Positions 7,649 through 16,692 of a DNA stretch of 40,000 nt are shown here, piece after piece (position 1 is the stretch's first letter; every line of letters begins with the position of its first letter). The DNA comes from Candidatus Bathyarchaeia archaeon. GTDB lineage: Archaea; Thermoproteota; Bathyarchaeia; Bathyarchaeales; Bathycorpusculaceae. Below the pieces are notes generated by a model. The model had not been told where the DNA came from, searched no databases, and saw only the letters and a list, made by a program, of their open reading frames with translations. A program made the position numbers and the translations under genes. The DNA lies in contig JBEKXL010000001.1 in NCBI GenBank assembly GCA_049512075.1, positions 336,410-376,409 of the forward strand, read 5' to 3'.

Positions 7649-10600
7649 TTAGCTGGTTAAGTAGCTGCAGTAGATGCTGTACGCGCGATCTTTGAAACCT
7701 GCATAGGTAAGTGAGTTGGTGGGAAAGCTTGCCAGCGAAGTAGTTCCATAGATAGACTGGTTCGTGCTTCCCGTGCTGTAGTAGAACCGCAGGGTCTTTC
7801 CAGAAGCCATAGCGTCAACTACGAGCCAATAGTACGCGCCTGCAGAAAGGTTAGGCGTCGTTGTCAAGGCTACGGTCACCCAGCCATTTGTTCCTGCTGG
7901 AACCGTTCCAGTTCCAGAGGCCAATAGGTTGCCAGGCGCTCCGCCAGCGTCACTGTAGATGCCGACCTTCACGGTTCTGGCTTCGCCGTTTCCCTCTGAA
8001 ACCCGAATCGATATGCTCTGAGCCACCCCATTCTTGGAAACTTGGTACCTGCTCCCGTAAAAGTATTGGCACAGGTTCGTTTGGCTTGCGCCCACGTCAA
8101 TCTTGCCGAACGTTTCAGTGACTCCGGCGTTTGCCGTTTGGAAACTCCAGCTGCAAGGCACCAAGCTCTTGGCAGTCTTACTTTGGGCAGCAGCTGAAAT
8201 CGAAATCGTGTAGAGTGTTCCCTGCGCCAAGCTCGCGTTTGGAGTGAAAGTCATCACCGTATCGCCTACGGTCCAGGTGAAGCTGCCTGAAACGGACGGA
8301 CTGATGGTGAACGCGTTCTGAGTGGAGGTTTGGTCCATTGGCTCGCTGAACGTGACTTGGATGGAAGTGGATGTGGAGACGCCGGTCGCGTCGCTGCTGG
8401 GGACGTGGTTGACAACGGTGGGTGCGGAGGGTGCGGTGGTTAGGTAGGTGCAGTAGATGCTGTAGACGCGAGCGTTGCGAGCTGAATATTGGCATGGATT
8501 TGCTGGGAAACTGGCATAGCTCGTAGTGCCGTAGACTCCTTGGTTTGTGGCTCCAGTGCTGTAATAGAACCTGAGAGTCTTACCTGACACTTTGGCGTCG
8601 GCCATTAGCCAATAGTAGGCGCCTGCGGAGAGTGATGGCTTGCTTGTGAGATTTACGGTTACCCAGCCTAAGTAGTTGGCAGAAACGGTTGCTGTTCCTT
8701 GGGCAATAAGGGTAGATGGAACACCAGCGTTATCGCTGTATAGGGCTACTTTCAGAGCTGTAGCCGAACCCGTGGCTTCCTGAACGTAGAGGGTCAAGCT
8801 CTGCGCGACTCCGTTTTCGGTCATCTGGTATCTGCTTCCATAGGAATACGCGCAGAGGTTACTGACGCTGGAGCCGATGTCTTTTTTGCCGAACGTTCCT
8901 GATGTCTGCCCGGCTTGTTCTGTTGTGAAGCCCCAGGCGCTGGGTGACAGCATGTTTTGGCCCAGCTGGTCTTTGGCGCCTGTGGATATCGTTATTGTGT
9001 AGAGTGTTTGGTAAACAAGGCTTGAAGACGGAGAGAAAGTGAGGACTGCATCACCTGAACTCCAAGTGAAGCTGCCCGAGACTGATGGGTTCACCGTGAA
9101 AGCGTTTTGAACCGAAGACGTGTCCATTGGTTCGCTGAAAGTCACTTGTATGCTTGATGTCACAGCAACGTTGGTCGCGTTTGCTATTGGAACGTGACTG
9201 GACACGTAAGGTGGAGTAGGCACCTGAGGCTCCGGACCTACGTAAGCCCGTGAAACTACGACACAGTCACAAAAGACAGTTGTGCTCGCACAGTTGGTGA
9301 TCTGAGGGAGCCCGAAAGCCACTTGGGTAAGGGCTCCGTACGTGCCTGTGTTTACTCCGGTGATTGAACAGACAAGGGAGCCGTCCACCCATAATTCGCC
9401 CAAACCAGCTGCGGCGTCCTCCTTCCAGTGAAGCTCAACGCAGTACCAGTGGTTCATTGAGGGAACGTTGGCAGAATAGGCGTAGACATAGCTTGTCCCA
9501 CTCCTGATGACAAGACTCCATTGGACGAGTCCACCGGTCTTCTTCCAACCTGCATAGGCTACGCTGTTTGAACCCGCCTTGAAAATGATTGTGTAGAAGC
9601 GGTCACTCTCATCAGCAATTCCAGATTGAGAAACGTAAAAGTAGCTTCTAGCATAAAGCTCAGTGGAGGATGCCATGGTCTTGTAGGAGTATGCGTACTC
9701 TGTTCCGCCTCCCCCGTTTGAACTGTATTTTGCGCTGTAAATGCCGTGATGAGTAGGTGTGTTGGCAGTAGCTGCAATTTCACCAGAAGATACGCTTGTG
9801 CCCGTCCATGCGTTGAAGGTTCCAGATTCGAAACCATCATAAAACAGGTTGGGTGTCCAAGGCTTCATTAGAGGATAGTGGTCAATATTGTTCATATCAA
9901 TTACGTAGGGAGTATCGCCGATCCCGTCGTTGTTGGTATCCGTGCCGAGATAGTCGCTCCAGTAGTTGCCTCCAAAGGAATAACCATCATCCCAAATGTT
10001 AGCATAGCCAGATGCGGGAATGTATACTGGTGTATTATTGTTGACAAAGTTGTTATGGAGGATTTTGTTGCTTGAAGAAGAGTCAACAACAATGCCATAT
10101 TGGTTGTTCGCTATGTTGTTTCCAGAAATGCTGTTGAAAGAAGAAGAGTAAAGAATGATGCCAGATTCGTTGTTTGCTGCGTTGTTTCCAGAAATGCTGT
10201 TGAAAGAAGAAGAGTAAAGAATGATGCCAGATTCGTTGTTTGCTGCGTTGTTTCCAGAAATGCTGTTGAAAGAAGAAGAGCCAAGCCAGAAGCCGTATTC
10301 GTTATTTGTTGCGTTGTTTTCAGAAACATTGTTATTTGAAGAATAATAAAGGATGATGCCGTAGTAGCTGTCTGTCATGCTGTTTCCCGAAATGCTGTTG
10401 TTTGAAGAATAATAAAGATAAACACCATAACAATTGCTTGTTATGATGTTCCCACTAATATTATTGCCAGTAACCGTAATGCAATAGATTCCACAGGGCG
10501 ATCCATTCGTTCCACTGTTTCGAATTGTGAAGCCACTGACTTTGACCAAGTTGGCCGTTATGGTTATTACATTTCCAGCAAGTTTCCCGTCCATAATGGT

Positions 10601-12250
10601 CGTCTTGTCGTTCTCCCCAATGAGCTCTATTGCTTTGTCAATGACCACATTTTCATAATATGTACCGGCTCTTACAAAAATGGCATCACCTGACCAAGCC
10701 GAACTGATAGCATTTTGAATGGTTGGATATTGATCTGGAACTATCATCTTTGTCAATACGAGGTTGGATACGACGAAATTGTTATTGACCGTGTACAAAG
10801 GAGTATCCGCGGATTGTGCATGGTTGATGCAGAATTTAGTGACTGTTCCGACCGTTATGCTGCCACCGTCGTAGACTTGCAAGAAGTACTGTTGGTCGTA
10901 GGCTTTCGTCAGGACATCTTTGAACTCGGTAACGTCAAGCAATATATCATTATGACAGAAGGGAACGTTGCCACCATGAATATAACTGTTAAAACTCTTT
11001 GTTACGATAGGGTTGTCAACGGTTCCAGCGCCGACCGTGATGCTGCATTCACCTCTGTTGTTGTGGTTGATTCCGAAAGTCGCGACTAACTGTGGTGTGT
11101 AGTTCAGAAGGTCGCTACAAATCATGCAGAAGCTTACGCGTTGTTTCATGGCTTCGTAGGAAATCCAATAACAGCCGTCACAGATATGCTCCCAGCTAAA
11201 AGGCGACGGAAGCCACGGGATACCCCAAGAGTTCGCAATCTTGAAAGCGCCATAGTGTGTTTGCCCCGCTTCAGTGTATGCGAAGTTGTCATCGTATCCC
11301 ACTATTGTTCCGGCATGATTTGTACTCGGATTCACATAGTTGTCAAGTGTAAGCATATCGTTGCCATCAAGCAAGGACCAGCCCCAGGTGGGATCTTGGA
11401 TCTTGTGTGCATCCACGCTTACTATAGCGAGATTACCTGAAGACAACCATGTCTTGAGTTTTGCGAGACCAGCGTCATCTTGCAGCATCATATATAAATT
11501 GATGCTGCTAGCATTGGCTCGATATAGAGGTGCTTCCTTCCATGCGATTTCAGAAGGCCAACTCGTGTAATCGCCCGCGTTGTACGGCATTGTGCTTAGC
11601 GAGCAGTCGCCCACAGAACATATGAGCCCTATTGCATCAGAGTAGTATGATCCTTTATCTACGCCGTCGTCGATCAGGTTGTAGATGAAACTTGGGCTCA
11701 TGATTTCGTTTTGCATGGCTCCCGAGTTTACATTCCAATTGTGTTCTTTTGCCTCTTGGAAGGTCTTCGTGTAGTACCCAACAGCCCAAGCAACACACGA
11801 ACCTTCTTGACCTTGGTCTCCGATTGGTGGAAACCAAGGTTCAGCCATGTTATCCCAACTGGATGGGGACTGGCCCGAAATTGAAATCTGATCTGCCACA
11901 CTTGCTTCGTTCTCTATCAATTTCCACTCTTCTTCAGACGGGGGAGCCAAACCTGTTCCATGACCTTTCACAACTTGATTGTAGTTTTGGCCTTCATTTC
12001 TAATTCCGGTTCTGGCTTCCAACAATTGCAGCTCGCTTTCGTTCATTGCGCTTTGAACAATCGTTGGTTGCGCTTCGATGGTTTTTTGATTATTCTCTGT
12101 TGTGTTGCTGCCACCATACTGTGGATTTGAGGAGATAGGCGATTGCGACAACTTCTCAGTATCTGCTCTTACAGACTGTATCTTGCAGGCTAATCCGAAG
12201 ACCTGCATTAGCAGAAGAAAAACGAATAGAACAGCAATAATCCTTCTCAT
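7649..12250 (-). CDS. Giant secreted multidomain surface protein: signal peptide, papain-like (C1) cysteine peptidase, parallel beta-helix (PbH1) repeats, LamG/ConA-like module, then two Ig-like plus C-terminal-module pairs
   Basis: 1533 aa. N-terminus MRRIIAVLFVFLLLMQVFG. Peptidase motifs QGQEGSCVAWAVGYY, NHAGTIVGYDD and NSWG. Repeats such as NNSISGN..YGI.LYYSS. FESGTFNAWTG...GGGGTEYAY module. Two SbsA-Ig-like segments (IQVTFSEPMD). Confidence 0.85.
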   Translation of the reverse strand: MRRIIAVLFVFLLLMQVFGLACKIQSVRADTEKLSQSPISSNPQYGGSNTTENNQKTIEAQPTIVQSAMNESELQLLEARTGIRNEGQNYNQVVKGHGTGLAPPSEEEWKLIENEASVADQISISGQSPSSWDNMAEPWFPPIGDQGQEGSCVAWAVGYYTKTFQEAKEHNWNVNSGAMQNEIMSPSFIYNLIDDGVDKGSYYSDAIGLICSVGDCSLSTMPYNAGDYTSWPSEIAWKEAPLYRANASSINLYMMLQDDAGLAKLKTWLSSGNLAIVSVDAHKIQDPTWGWSLLDGNDMLTLDNYVNPSTNHAGTIVGYDDNFAYTEAGQTHYGAFKIANSWGIPWLPSPFSWEHICDGCYWISYEAMKQRVSFCMICSDLLNYTPQLVATFGINHNNRGECSITVGAGTVDNPIVTKSFNSYIHGGNVPFCHNDILLDVTEFKDVLTKAYDQQYFLQVYDGGSITVGTVTKFCINHAQSADTPLYTVNNNFVVSNLVLTKMIVPDQYPTIQNAISSAWSGDAIFVRAGTYYENVVIDKAIELIGENDKTTIMDGKLAGNVITITANLVKVSGFTIRNSGTNGSPCGIYCITVTGNNISGNIITSNCYGVYLYYSSNNSISGNSMTDSYYGIILYYSSNNNVSENNATNNEYGFWLGSSSFNSISGNNAANNESGIILYSSSFNSISGNNAANNESGIILYSSSFNSISGNNIANNQYGIVVDSSSSNKILHNNFVNNNTPVYIPASGYANIWDDGYSFGGNYWSDYLGTDTNNDGIGDTPYVIDMNNIDHYPLMKPWTPNLFYDGFESGTFNAWTGTSVSSGEIAATANTPTHHGIYSAKYSSNGGGGTEYAYSYKTMASSTELYARSYFYVSQSGIADESDRFYTIIFKAGSNSVAYAGWKKTGGLVQWSLVIRSGTSYVYAYSANVPSMNHWYCVELHWKEDAAAGLGELWVDGSLVCSITGVNTGTYGALTQVAFGLPQITNCASTTVFCDCVVVSRAYVGPEPQVPTPPYVSSHVPIANATNVAVTSSIQVTFSEPMDTSSVQNAFTVNPSVSGSFTWSSGDAVLTFSPSSSLVYQTLYTITISTGAKDQLGQNMLSPSAWGFTTEQAGQTSGTFGKKDIGSSVSNLCAYSYGSRYQMTENGVAQSLTLYVQEATGSATALKVALYSDNAGVPSTLIAQGTATVSANYLGWVTVNLTSKPSLSAGAYYWLMADAKVSGKTLRFYYSTGATNQGVYGTTSYASFPANPCQYSARNARVYSIYCTYLTTAPSAPTVVNHVPSSDATGVSTSTSIQVTFSEPMDQTSTQNAFTISPSVSGSFTWTVGDTVMTFTPNASLAQGTLYTISISAAAQSKTAKSLVPCSWSFQTANAGVTETFGKIDVGASQTNLCQYFYGSRYQVSKNGVAQSISIRVSEGNGEARTVKVGIYSDAGGAPGNLLASGTGTVPAGTNGWVTVALTTTPNLSAGAYYWLVVDAMASGKTLRFYYSTGSTNQSIYGTTSLASFPTNSLTYAGFKDRAYSIYCSYLTS
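10115..10246. repeat. Perfect 66-bp tandem duplication inside the beta-helix region (22-aa unit SISGNNAANNESGIILYSSSFN)
   Basis: 10115-10180 and 10181-10246 are identical. Diverged copies flank them. Confidence 0.9.
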
Positions 12251-12302
12251 TTAGTATGCAAATCCTCCCGAATAGTATGATTGATATTTCGTCTGTTCGT
12301 TT

Positions 12303-12315
12303 TTAAGACTTGTGA
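12303..12315 (-). promoter_or_regulatory. Shared promoter box of the secreted-protein genes (minus strand TCACAAGTCTTAA)
   Basis: The same 12-13-mer occurs at 19022-19034 and 20219-20231. Each is 37-94 nt upstream of a minus-strand start codon. CACAAGT + CTTAAA fits the BRE (cRnaAnt) + TATA arrangement. Confidence 0.5.
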
Positions 12316-12424
12316 TAAATAGCTCTAGGCACAGTGAACGCGTTTCTGATTGAATCTAGATTCCTTCGGGCATATGATGGATGAGAGCAGAGCATAATTG
12401 AATAAATGTTAACGCGCGCGTGCT

Positions 12425-13450
12425 TCAGTTTAGGTTTGCTGTTCTGGGAATCCATGTTTCATGTTCATCTCTAAGATATCGGGCGAAGAGAAAAGCTTCT
12501 TCGTTAATCAATGTTTCAATGGTTTGGCGTTTGCCATGCTTCATTCTCGGAATCTCAACCACCGATTCAAAATAAGAATAGAGTTTACCTGTTAGATCAA
12601 CCGTCTCAGAATCGTTCAGGTACTCCCTCTGTCCAGCCTTGTTTTTACTGAATTCCTCATGCTTCATCATGAAGTCTTTTTTCTTGAAGTTTGCAGAGTT
12701 TTGAATGAGAAAGTTTTCAACAAGGTATCTGTACAATTCCATGAAGTCGCATACAAGAGACGGTTTACCCCATGCTTCAGAATGCAAGAAACCCAGATAC
12801 GGCTCAAGCTTCGCCCTTACGATGGCTCTGTAGACTTTCCATTTCAGAATCGTATAGGCAAGGTTGAAAAGATTGTTTAGTCCGTCATATGCCTTGAACG
12901 TTTTACGATTTTCAACTTGCATGAAACTCGGGAACAGTTGAAAGACCTGCTTGAAGTATTGTTTTGAACAATGGCCTTCAATTGCCATGAGTTTGGTTGT
13001 TATGTTTCCAGAATTGACTTCTTCAATTGCTCTCTTGATTGTGAGTAGATTATGTTGTCGCAGGCCATATTTTCTTAAGACAAGGTTCTCGGTTTCAATT
13101 CTGGAGGCGACTATCTTCTTGGCGATAGAGACTCCCTTATCGTTCTTAGAGGCTTCATATTGGCTGATTCGAGTCTTAACGTGGCTGTCATCGTCTAAGC
13201 CTTTCAGCATGGCGACAGGTTGACCTTTCTGGGTGACGATTAGAACGTCTATGTCCCAGAATCCCATAGAAGCTAAGGCTCCTGTCGAAACAAGATTTCC
13301 GCTTTTGAGAACCACTTCGCCTATCTCGTTTTCGAACAAAGGATAACGCTGAACATTCTGTTCTTTGTCCCTCACAATAAAGCAACCTTTCTCCATTCCC
13401 AAATATGAGCCTCGACCATCGAGAGCAATCTTGAGAACTTTAGTCTTCAA
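12425..13450 (-). CDS. cas1: Cas1 family endonuclease/integrase, stand-alone (no CRISPR array or recognisable Cas2 nearby)
   Basis: 341 aa with a TTG start. The N-terminal beta domain (LKIALDGRGSYLGMEKGCFIVRD...YPLFENEIGEVVL.SGNLVSTGALASMGFWDIDVLIV) has the typical Cas1 pattern. The C-terminal domain carries NLFNLAYTIL...LEPYLGFLHSEAWGKPSLVCDFMELYRYLV, matching the Cas1 GFLH...SL..D.ME..R catalytic region. Confidence 0.85.
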   Translation of the reverse strand: MKTKVLKIALDGRGSYLGMEKGCFIVRDKEQNVQRYPLFENEIGEVVLKSGNLVSTGALASMGFWDIDVLIVTQKGQPVAMLKGLDDDSHVKTRISQYEASKNDKGVSIAKKIVASRIETENLVLRKYGLRQHNLLTIKRAIEEVNSGNITTKLMAIEGHCSKQYFKQVFQLFPSFMQVENRKTFKAYDGLNNLFNLAYTILKWKVYRAIVRAKLEPYLGFLHSEAWGKPSLVCDFMELYRYLVENFLIQNSANFKKKDFMMKHEEFSKNKAGQREYLNDSETVDLTGKLYSYFESVVEIPRMKHGKRQTIETLINEEAFLFARYLRDEHETWIPRTANLN

Positions 13451-13482
13451 CTACCTTCCACTCCTCGGGCGCGTGCATCAAA

Positions 13483-14091
13483 TCACTCTCTATATTCCGA
13501 TTGATTCGGTGGACTGTATCGCCGCTCACTTTCAGGCTTGAACAATTCGACCAGATAGTTACTCAGATCAAAGGCGTCATCTATCGTACGTCTGTGAGAA
13601 GAAGTAATGTGGTTCATCTGCATAGACTTCAGATACCCAAAACCATACTTTATGAGCAGCATGGCAATCTCAGCTCTTACGAGGTCTGGAGGCTCTCTTA
13701 CTGCACGCTGTCTACCCCCTTCTTTCTCAGACCCTGCAATGACAGGTACGTAAATTGTGGGCTTCAAAAGGAGAGCTTTCACAATAGGTTCCAGAGTCTC
13801 TTTAGTCACAACCTGATTCACGTCGTCTCTGTCTGCAACTTCGACAAACAGGTTGACATCAACTAGCCCCACTCTTACGCTACTCCGCACTTTATACCAA
13901 AAAGTGCTTTTGGCCTGCTTTTCCATTTTGCCGCTCCCTTCCAGTTTGCCGCCCTCTCCCATTCTGCCGCCTCTTCCCAAAATTCCCAAGAGCTGCTTCC
14001 TTCTATTCTTCCTGAAGATGCCTCCTCTAGAGTTGATATATAGCTTAAATGCGGCTATCGCTTTTTGCCTATTCCTATCTTTTGCTTCCAT
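13483..14091 (-). CDS. Hypothetical protein co-oriented with and immediately upstream of cas1 (basic, Gly-rich N-terminus with a 6-aa repeat)
   Basis: 202-aa ORF separated from cas1 by 32 nt. An AT-rich promoter region lies directly upstream. I recognise no family. An alternative start at Met56 (13926) is possible. Confidence 0.55.
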   Translation of the reverse strand: MEAKDRNRQKAIAAFKLYINSRGGIFRKNRRKQLLGILGRGGRMGEGGKLEGSGKMEKQAKSTFWYKVRSSVRVGLVDVNLFVEVADRDDVNQVVTKETLEPIVKALLLKPTIYVPVIAGSEKEGGRQRAVREPPDLVRAEIAMLLIKYGFGYLKSMQMNHITSSHRRTIDDAFDLSNYLVELFKPESERRYSPPNQSEYRE

Positions 14092-14169
14092 TATAGACTA
14101 TCTCCAATTAGAATATAGCCATAATTTATATATATACCTTCCCATTTATGCATTTCGGAGAAAACAAAT
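14092..14169. promoter_or_regulatory. AT-rich divergent promoter region between the cas1 operon and the RHH/ATPase operon
   Basis: 78-bp gap containing AATTTATATATATACC and other TATA-like runs between divergent start codons. It is one of the few gaps without a GC palindrome. Confidence 0.4.
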
Positions 14170-14778
14170 ATGGAATCGTTACAACACGCTGAAGATGTGT
14201 CTGAGAACAGATCAGACCTTCACGACGCCGAAAGCTTAGAATCCGAAACGCTTCCCCCTCTAGGAGAACAGCGCACACGCAACAAGGATGTAGAAACACT
14301 TGACGAGAATGAACCGCTAAAACAAGTATTGATATACCTCTCCGACAAGCGACTGAAACAGCTACGCAAAATAGCTTACACCAGAGGCGTTAGCAGAGCC
14401 TCTCTAGTAAGAGAAGCCGTTGAAGACTGGTTCACTGAACAATCAAATTCCAAAGAGAAGATTCCGAACGAACTATTGGAAAAGATTCTCGATTATTGCT
14501 CAAAAGACTACGGCGATGGCTTTGAAATTGATGGAGACACTGGATTCGTAGCAATGATGCAAGAAAACAAGTTACAACTCAAAGACCTAACAAAAAAACA
14601 GTGGGTCGAAGTGGCTAAGAAAATCGACATCGGCTTCAACAGGTATTTTTCGCAGCCTTCACCCGAAGAATTCGCAGGCAAGTTTGACCCAATATCACCC
14701 AGCAAGGAACAACGCGCATGGCTATCAAGTAATGAGAATCTCCCAGAAGATTCTGAGGAAGAAAAAGGGAAGGAATGA
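14170..14778 (+). CDS. Ribbon-helix-helix (CopG/Arc/MetJ-like) DNA-binding protein with acidic tails
   Basis: KQVLIYLSDKRLKQLRKIAYTRGVSRASLVREAVEDWF fits the strand-helix-helix pattern. Confidence 0.7.
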   Translation: MESLQHAEDVSENRSDLHDAESLESETLPPLGEQRTRNKDVETLDENEPLKQVLIYLSDKRLKQLRKIAYTRGVSRASLVREAVEDWFTEQSNSKEKIPNELLEKILDYCSKDYGDGFEIDGDTGFVAMMQENKLQLKDLTKKQWVEVAKKIDIGFNRYFSQPSPEEFAGKFDPISPSKEQRAWLSSNENLPEDSEEEKGKE

Positions 14779-14857
14779 CTTCATGAGAAGGCAAACGAAA
14801 CCTACCCCTTTCTTAGTTTTTGAAAAACAGAAGAAAACCTGAGAGTAGTGTTCAGAC

Positions 14858-15757
14858 ATGGAAAATTGCCAAGTATCGGTCAAGAAGAGTCAGAGTGATA
14901 CACCTACCAAGGAATATGACTCTGGCCTCAGGGTAATAGACCCCTCCAGGTGTATCACTCTGGAAAGTGACAAGGAACCCTTACTCATAATCAACATAGT
15001 TCTTCAAACAGCTTTCCTCAAATCCTGTCCAAAACCCAAATCGCTTTTGCTGATAGCCAAATCTGGAATCGGCAAATCACGGCTGCTGTCGCCTCTTTCA
15101 AGACTGGACTTCGTGAGCTACGTAAACGACATCACACCGAAGTATCTGGTTGAATTTCTGAAAAGAGCCAAGATTGGTGAGAAGAAGTTTCTAGTGATTC
15201 CTGACTATACGTCTTGTCTCAGTCACGGCGTTAACACAAGAAACACTTTGAATGCAATTCTTAGAAGCATGACCGAAGAGGGCGTCAGCGATCTTTCTGA
15301 CTATCATCTTGAGTTTCAGTCAGACACACCAGTGAGGGCAGGCCTGCTGACTGCCATTACCACTGCTTCCTATGCAATGTTCAGGGAATCATGGAAGACT
15401 ACTGGTTTCCTGTCAAGGTTGATTCCCGTTTCGTTTGACCATTCCGTAGCAACCAAGGAGAAAATAATGGATACTATCGATGCCAGGTTGCCTGACGTTA
15501 TAGACAAGGTGAAACTTGAAGTAAAGAAAAGACCCGGAACAGTTGAATGCCCAGAGAATCTTTTGCGTCAACTGAGGCAGATAGAAGAGAATCTTGCCTT
15601 GCATTCTGGCTCGTTACCGTACAGGCATCAGATTCAACTGAACGCGTTGACAGAAAGTTTAGCTGTCATGAGAAACCACGCCGCAGTCACGCAGGAAGAC
15701 ATTGACACGATCAGTTATTTGTCCAACTGGATAAACTACGATTTCAATCCCTTATGA
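14858..15757 (+). CDS. P-loop NTPase (AAA-like) with a C-terminal helical, possibly winged-helix, domain
   Basis: Walker A LLIAKSGIGKSRLL and a Walker-B-like KKFLVIPDYT. The C-terminal ~85 aa are conserved in the fragment at 7306-7570. Confidence 0.7.
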   Translation: MENCQVSVKKSQSDTPTKEYDSGLRVIDPSRCITLESDKEPLLIINIVLQTAFLKSCPKPKSLLLIAKSGIGKSRLLSPLSRLDFVSYVNDITPKYLVEFLKRAKIGEKKFLVIPDYTSCLSHGVNTRNTLNAILRSMTEEGVSDLSDYHLEFQSDTPVRAGLLTAITTASYAMFRESWKTTGFLSRLIPVSFDHSVATKEKIMDTIDARLPDVIDKVKLEVKKRPGTVECPENLLRQLRQIEENLALHSGSLPYRHQIQLNALTESLAVMRNHAAVTQEDIDTISYLSNWINYDFNPL

Positions 15758-15776
15758 ATTGAGAAGAGTGAGGCAC

Positions 15777-15971
15777 ATGACAAAGAGATTAGTGTGCGCT
15801 GAATCTGAACAGGTCATTGGCGTTCTAATCGACTTTCAGGACAGAGACCACAAAGACCACGCTATCAAGTTCATCTCTCACAGAGGTTTTGACAGATTGT
15901 TATGTGATCATGTTTTCTCCCATTTCTGTGTGGAATGTCCCCAGTATGAATGCGATAGGAGAAGTGTTTGA
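15777..15971 (+). CDS. Small Cys/His-rich protein (possible zinc-binding)
   Basis: 64 aa from ATG 15777, preceded by GTGAGG. C-terminus HFCVECPQYEC. It starts 20 nt after the ATPase stop. Confidence 0.4.
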   Translation: MTKRLVCAESEQVIGVLIDFQDRDHKDHAIKFISHRGFDRLLCDHVFSHFCVECPQYECDRRSV

Positions 15972-15993
15972 CAGATAGAAGAGGTGTTTTGAC

Positions 15994-16122
15994 ATGGCGT
16001 TTGCTGGGCAGGGAAGGAAGAAGCAGCTTAAGATTTATGGCACGAGAAGGAAAGGCCACCGTGAACTTTGGACTGTGAAGGGGAAGGGGAAGTATTTCTG
16101 GGTGAGACGTGACATTAAATGA
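15994..16122 (+). CDS. Small basic ORF (42 aa, MAFAGQGRKKQLKIYGTRRKGHRELWTVKGKGKYFWVRRDIK)
   Basis: ATG to TGA. It is in the same frame as the primase-polymerase-like frame downstream. Confidence 0.3.
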   Translation: MAFAGQGRKKQLKIYGTRRKGHRELWTVKGKGKYFWVRRDIK

Positions 16123-16128
16123 AGGTTT

Positions 16129-16692
16129 TTGGCTTCTGGCAAGTGGAATCCGAAAGAGCCTCTATGTGAGACGTTGTTCACGGAAACTGAGCCTTTAATC
16201 ATCGATTATGACATAGGCAGTGAAGCTCTAGGCAAAGTTAGGCAACTTGTCAATGAATGGGAATGGATTGATTTTGAGGCTGAAAGCTAGATGACACATG
16301 AATGGGTAACTTCAGGTTACTGCATAGGCTTCAACACGGATAGAGGAGTCGTTCTGGATTTGGACAACATGAAGTACCGCAAGGCTCTAAAGATCACTGA
16401 GGATCTCTGCAAGTCGTATAGGCTTCAAGGCTATCTTCTGATCAAGTCAAGTCCTAAGAGCTACCATGCTGTGTTTAACCGTTATCTTTCTTGGAGAAAA
16501 GTCACGAAGATACTGTTCAGTCGGTATTAGACAGTTAGGTATGCTGTGTTTCAAATGATGTCTGGACATTTGACTCTTCGCATTAGTAAGAAGAATGGAA
16601 AGGACAAGCCTCAGATTGTGCGTCAAATGGGAAAATCTGACAAGTTGGTTAAGGACTATCTTGAAGTCTATGAAGTATTCAGAGATTACTAA
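16129..16692 (+). pseudogene. Primase-polymerase (AEP)-like reading frame interrupted by two in-frame TAG codons
   Basis: The central ORF 16291-16530 encodes GYCIGFNTDRGVVLDLDN (hhhDhD-like) and GYLLIKSSPKSYHAVFN (sGxxH-like). The frame stays open and protein-like before TAG 16288-16290 and after TAG 16528-16530, up to TAA 16690-16692. The family call rests on short motifs only. Confidence 0.45.

Noticed and set aside
8178-10339. Antisense and alternative-frame ORFs inside the 1533-aa gene (for example 8178-8495, 9559-9840, 10100-10339, 10111-10329)
   Set aside because: They lie within a strongly supported long CDS, and their peptides are repetitive or Arg/His-rich, as expected for shadow ORFs. 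The same reasoning applies to shadow ORFs inside 2349-5900, 16742-18985 and 29455-32241.
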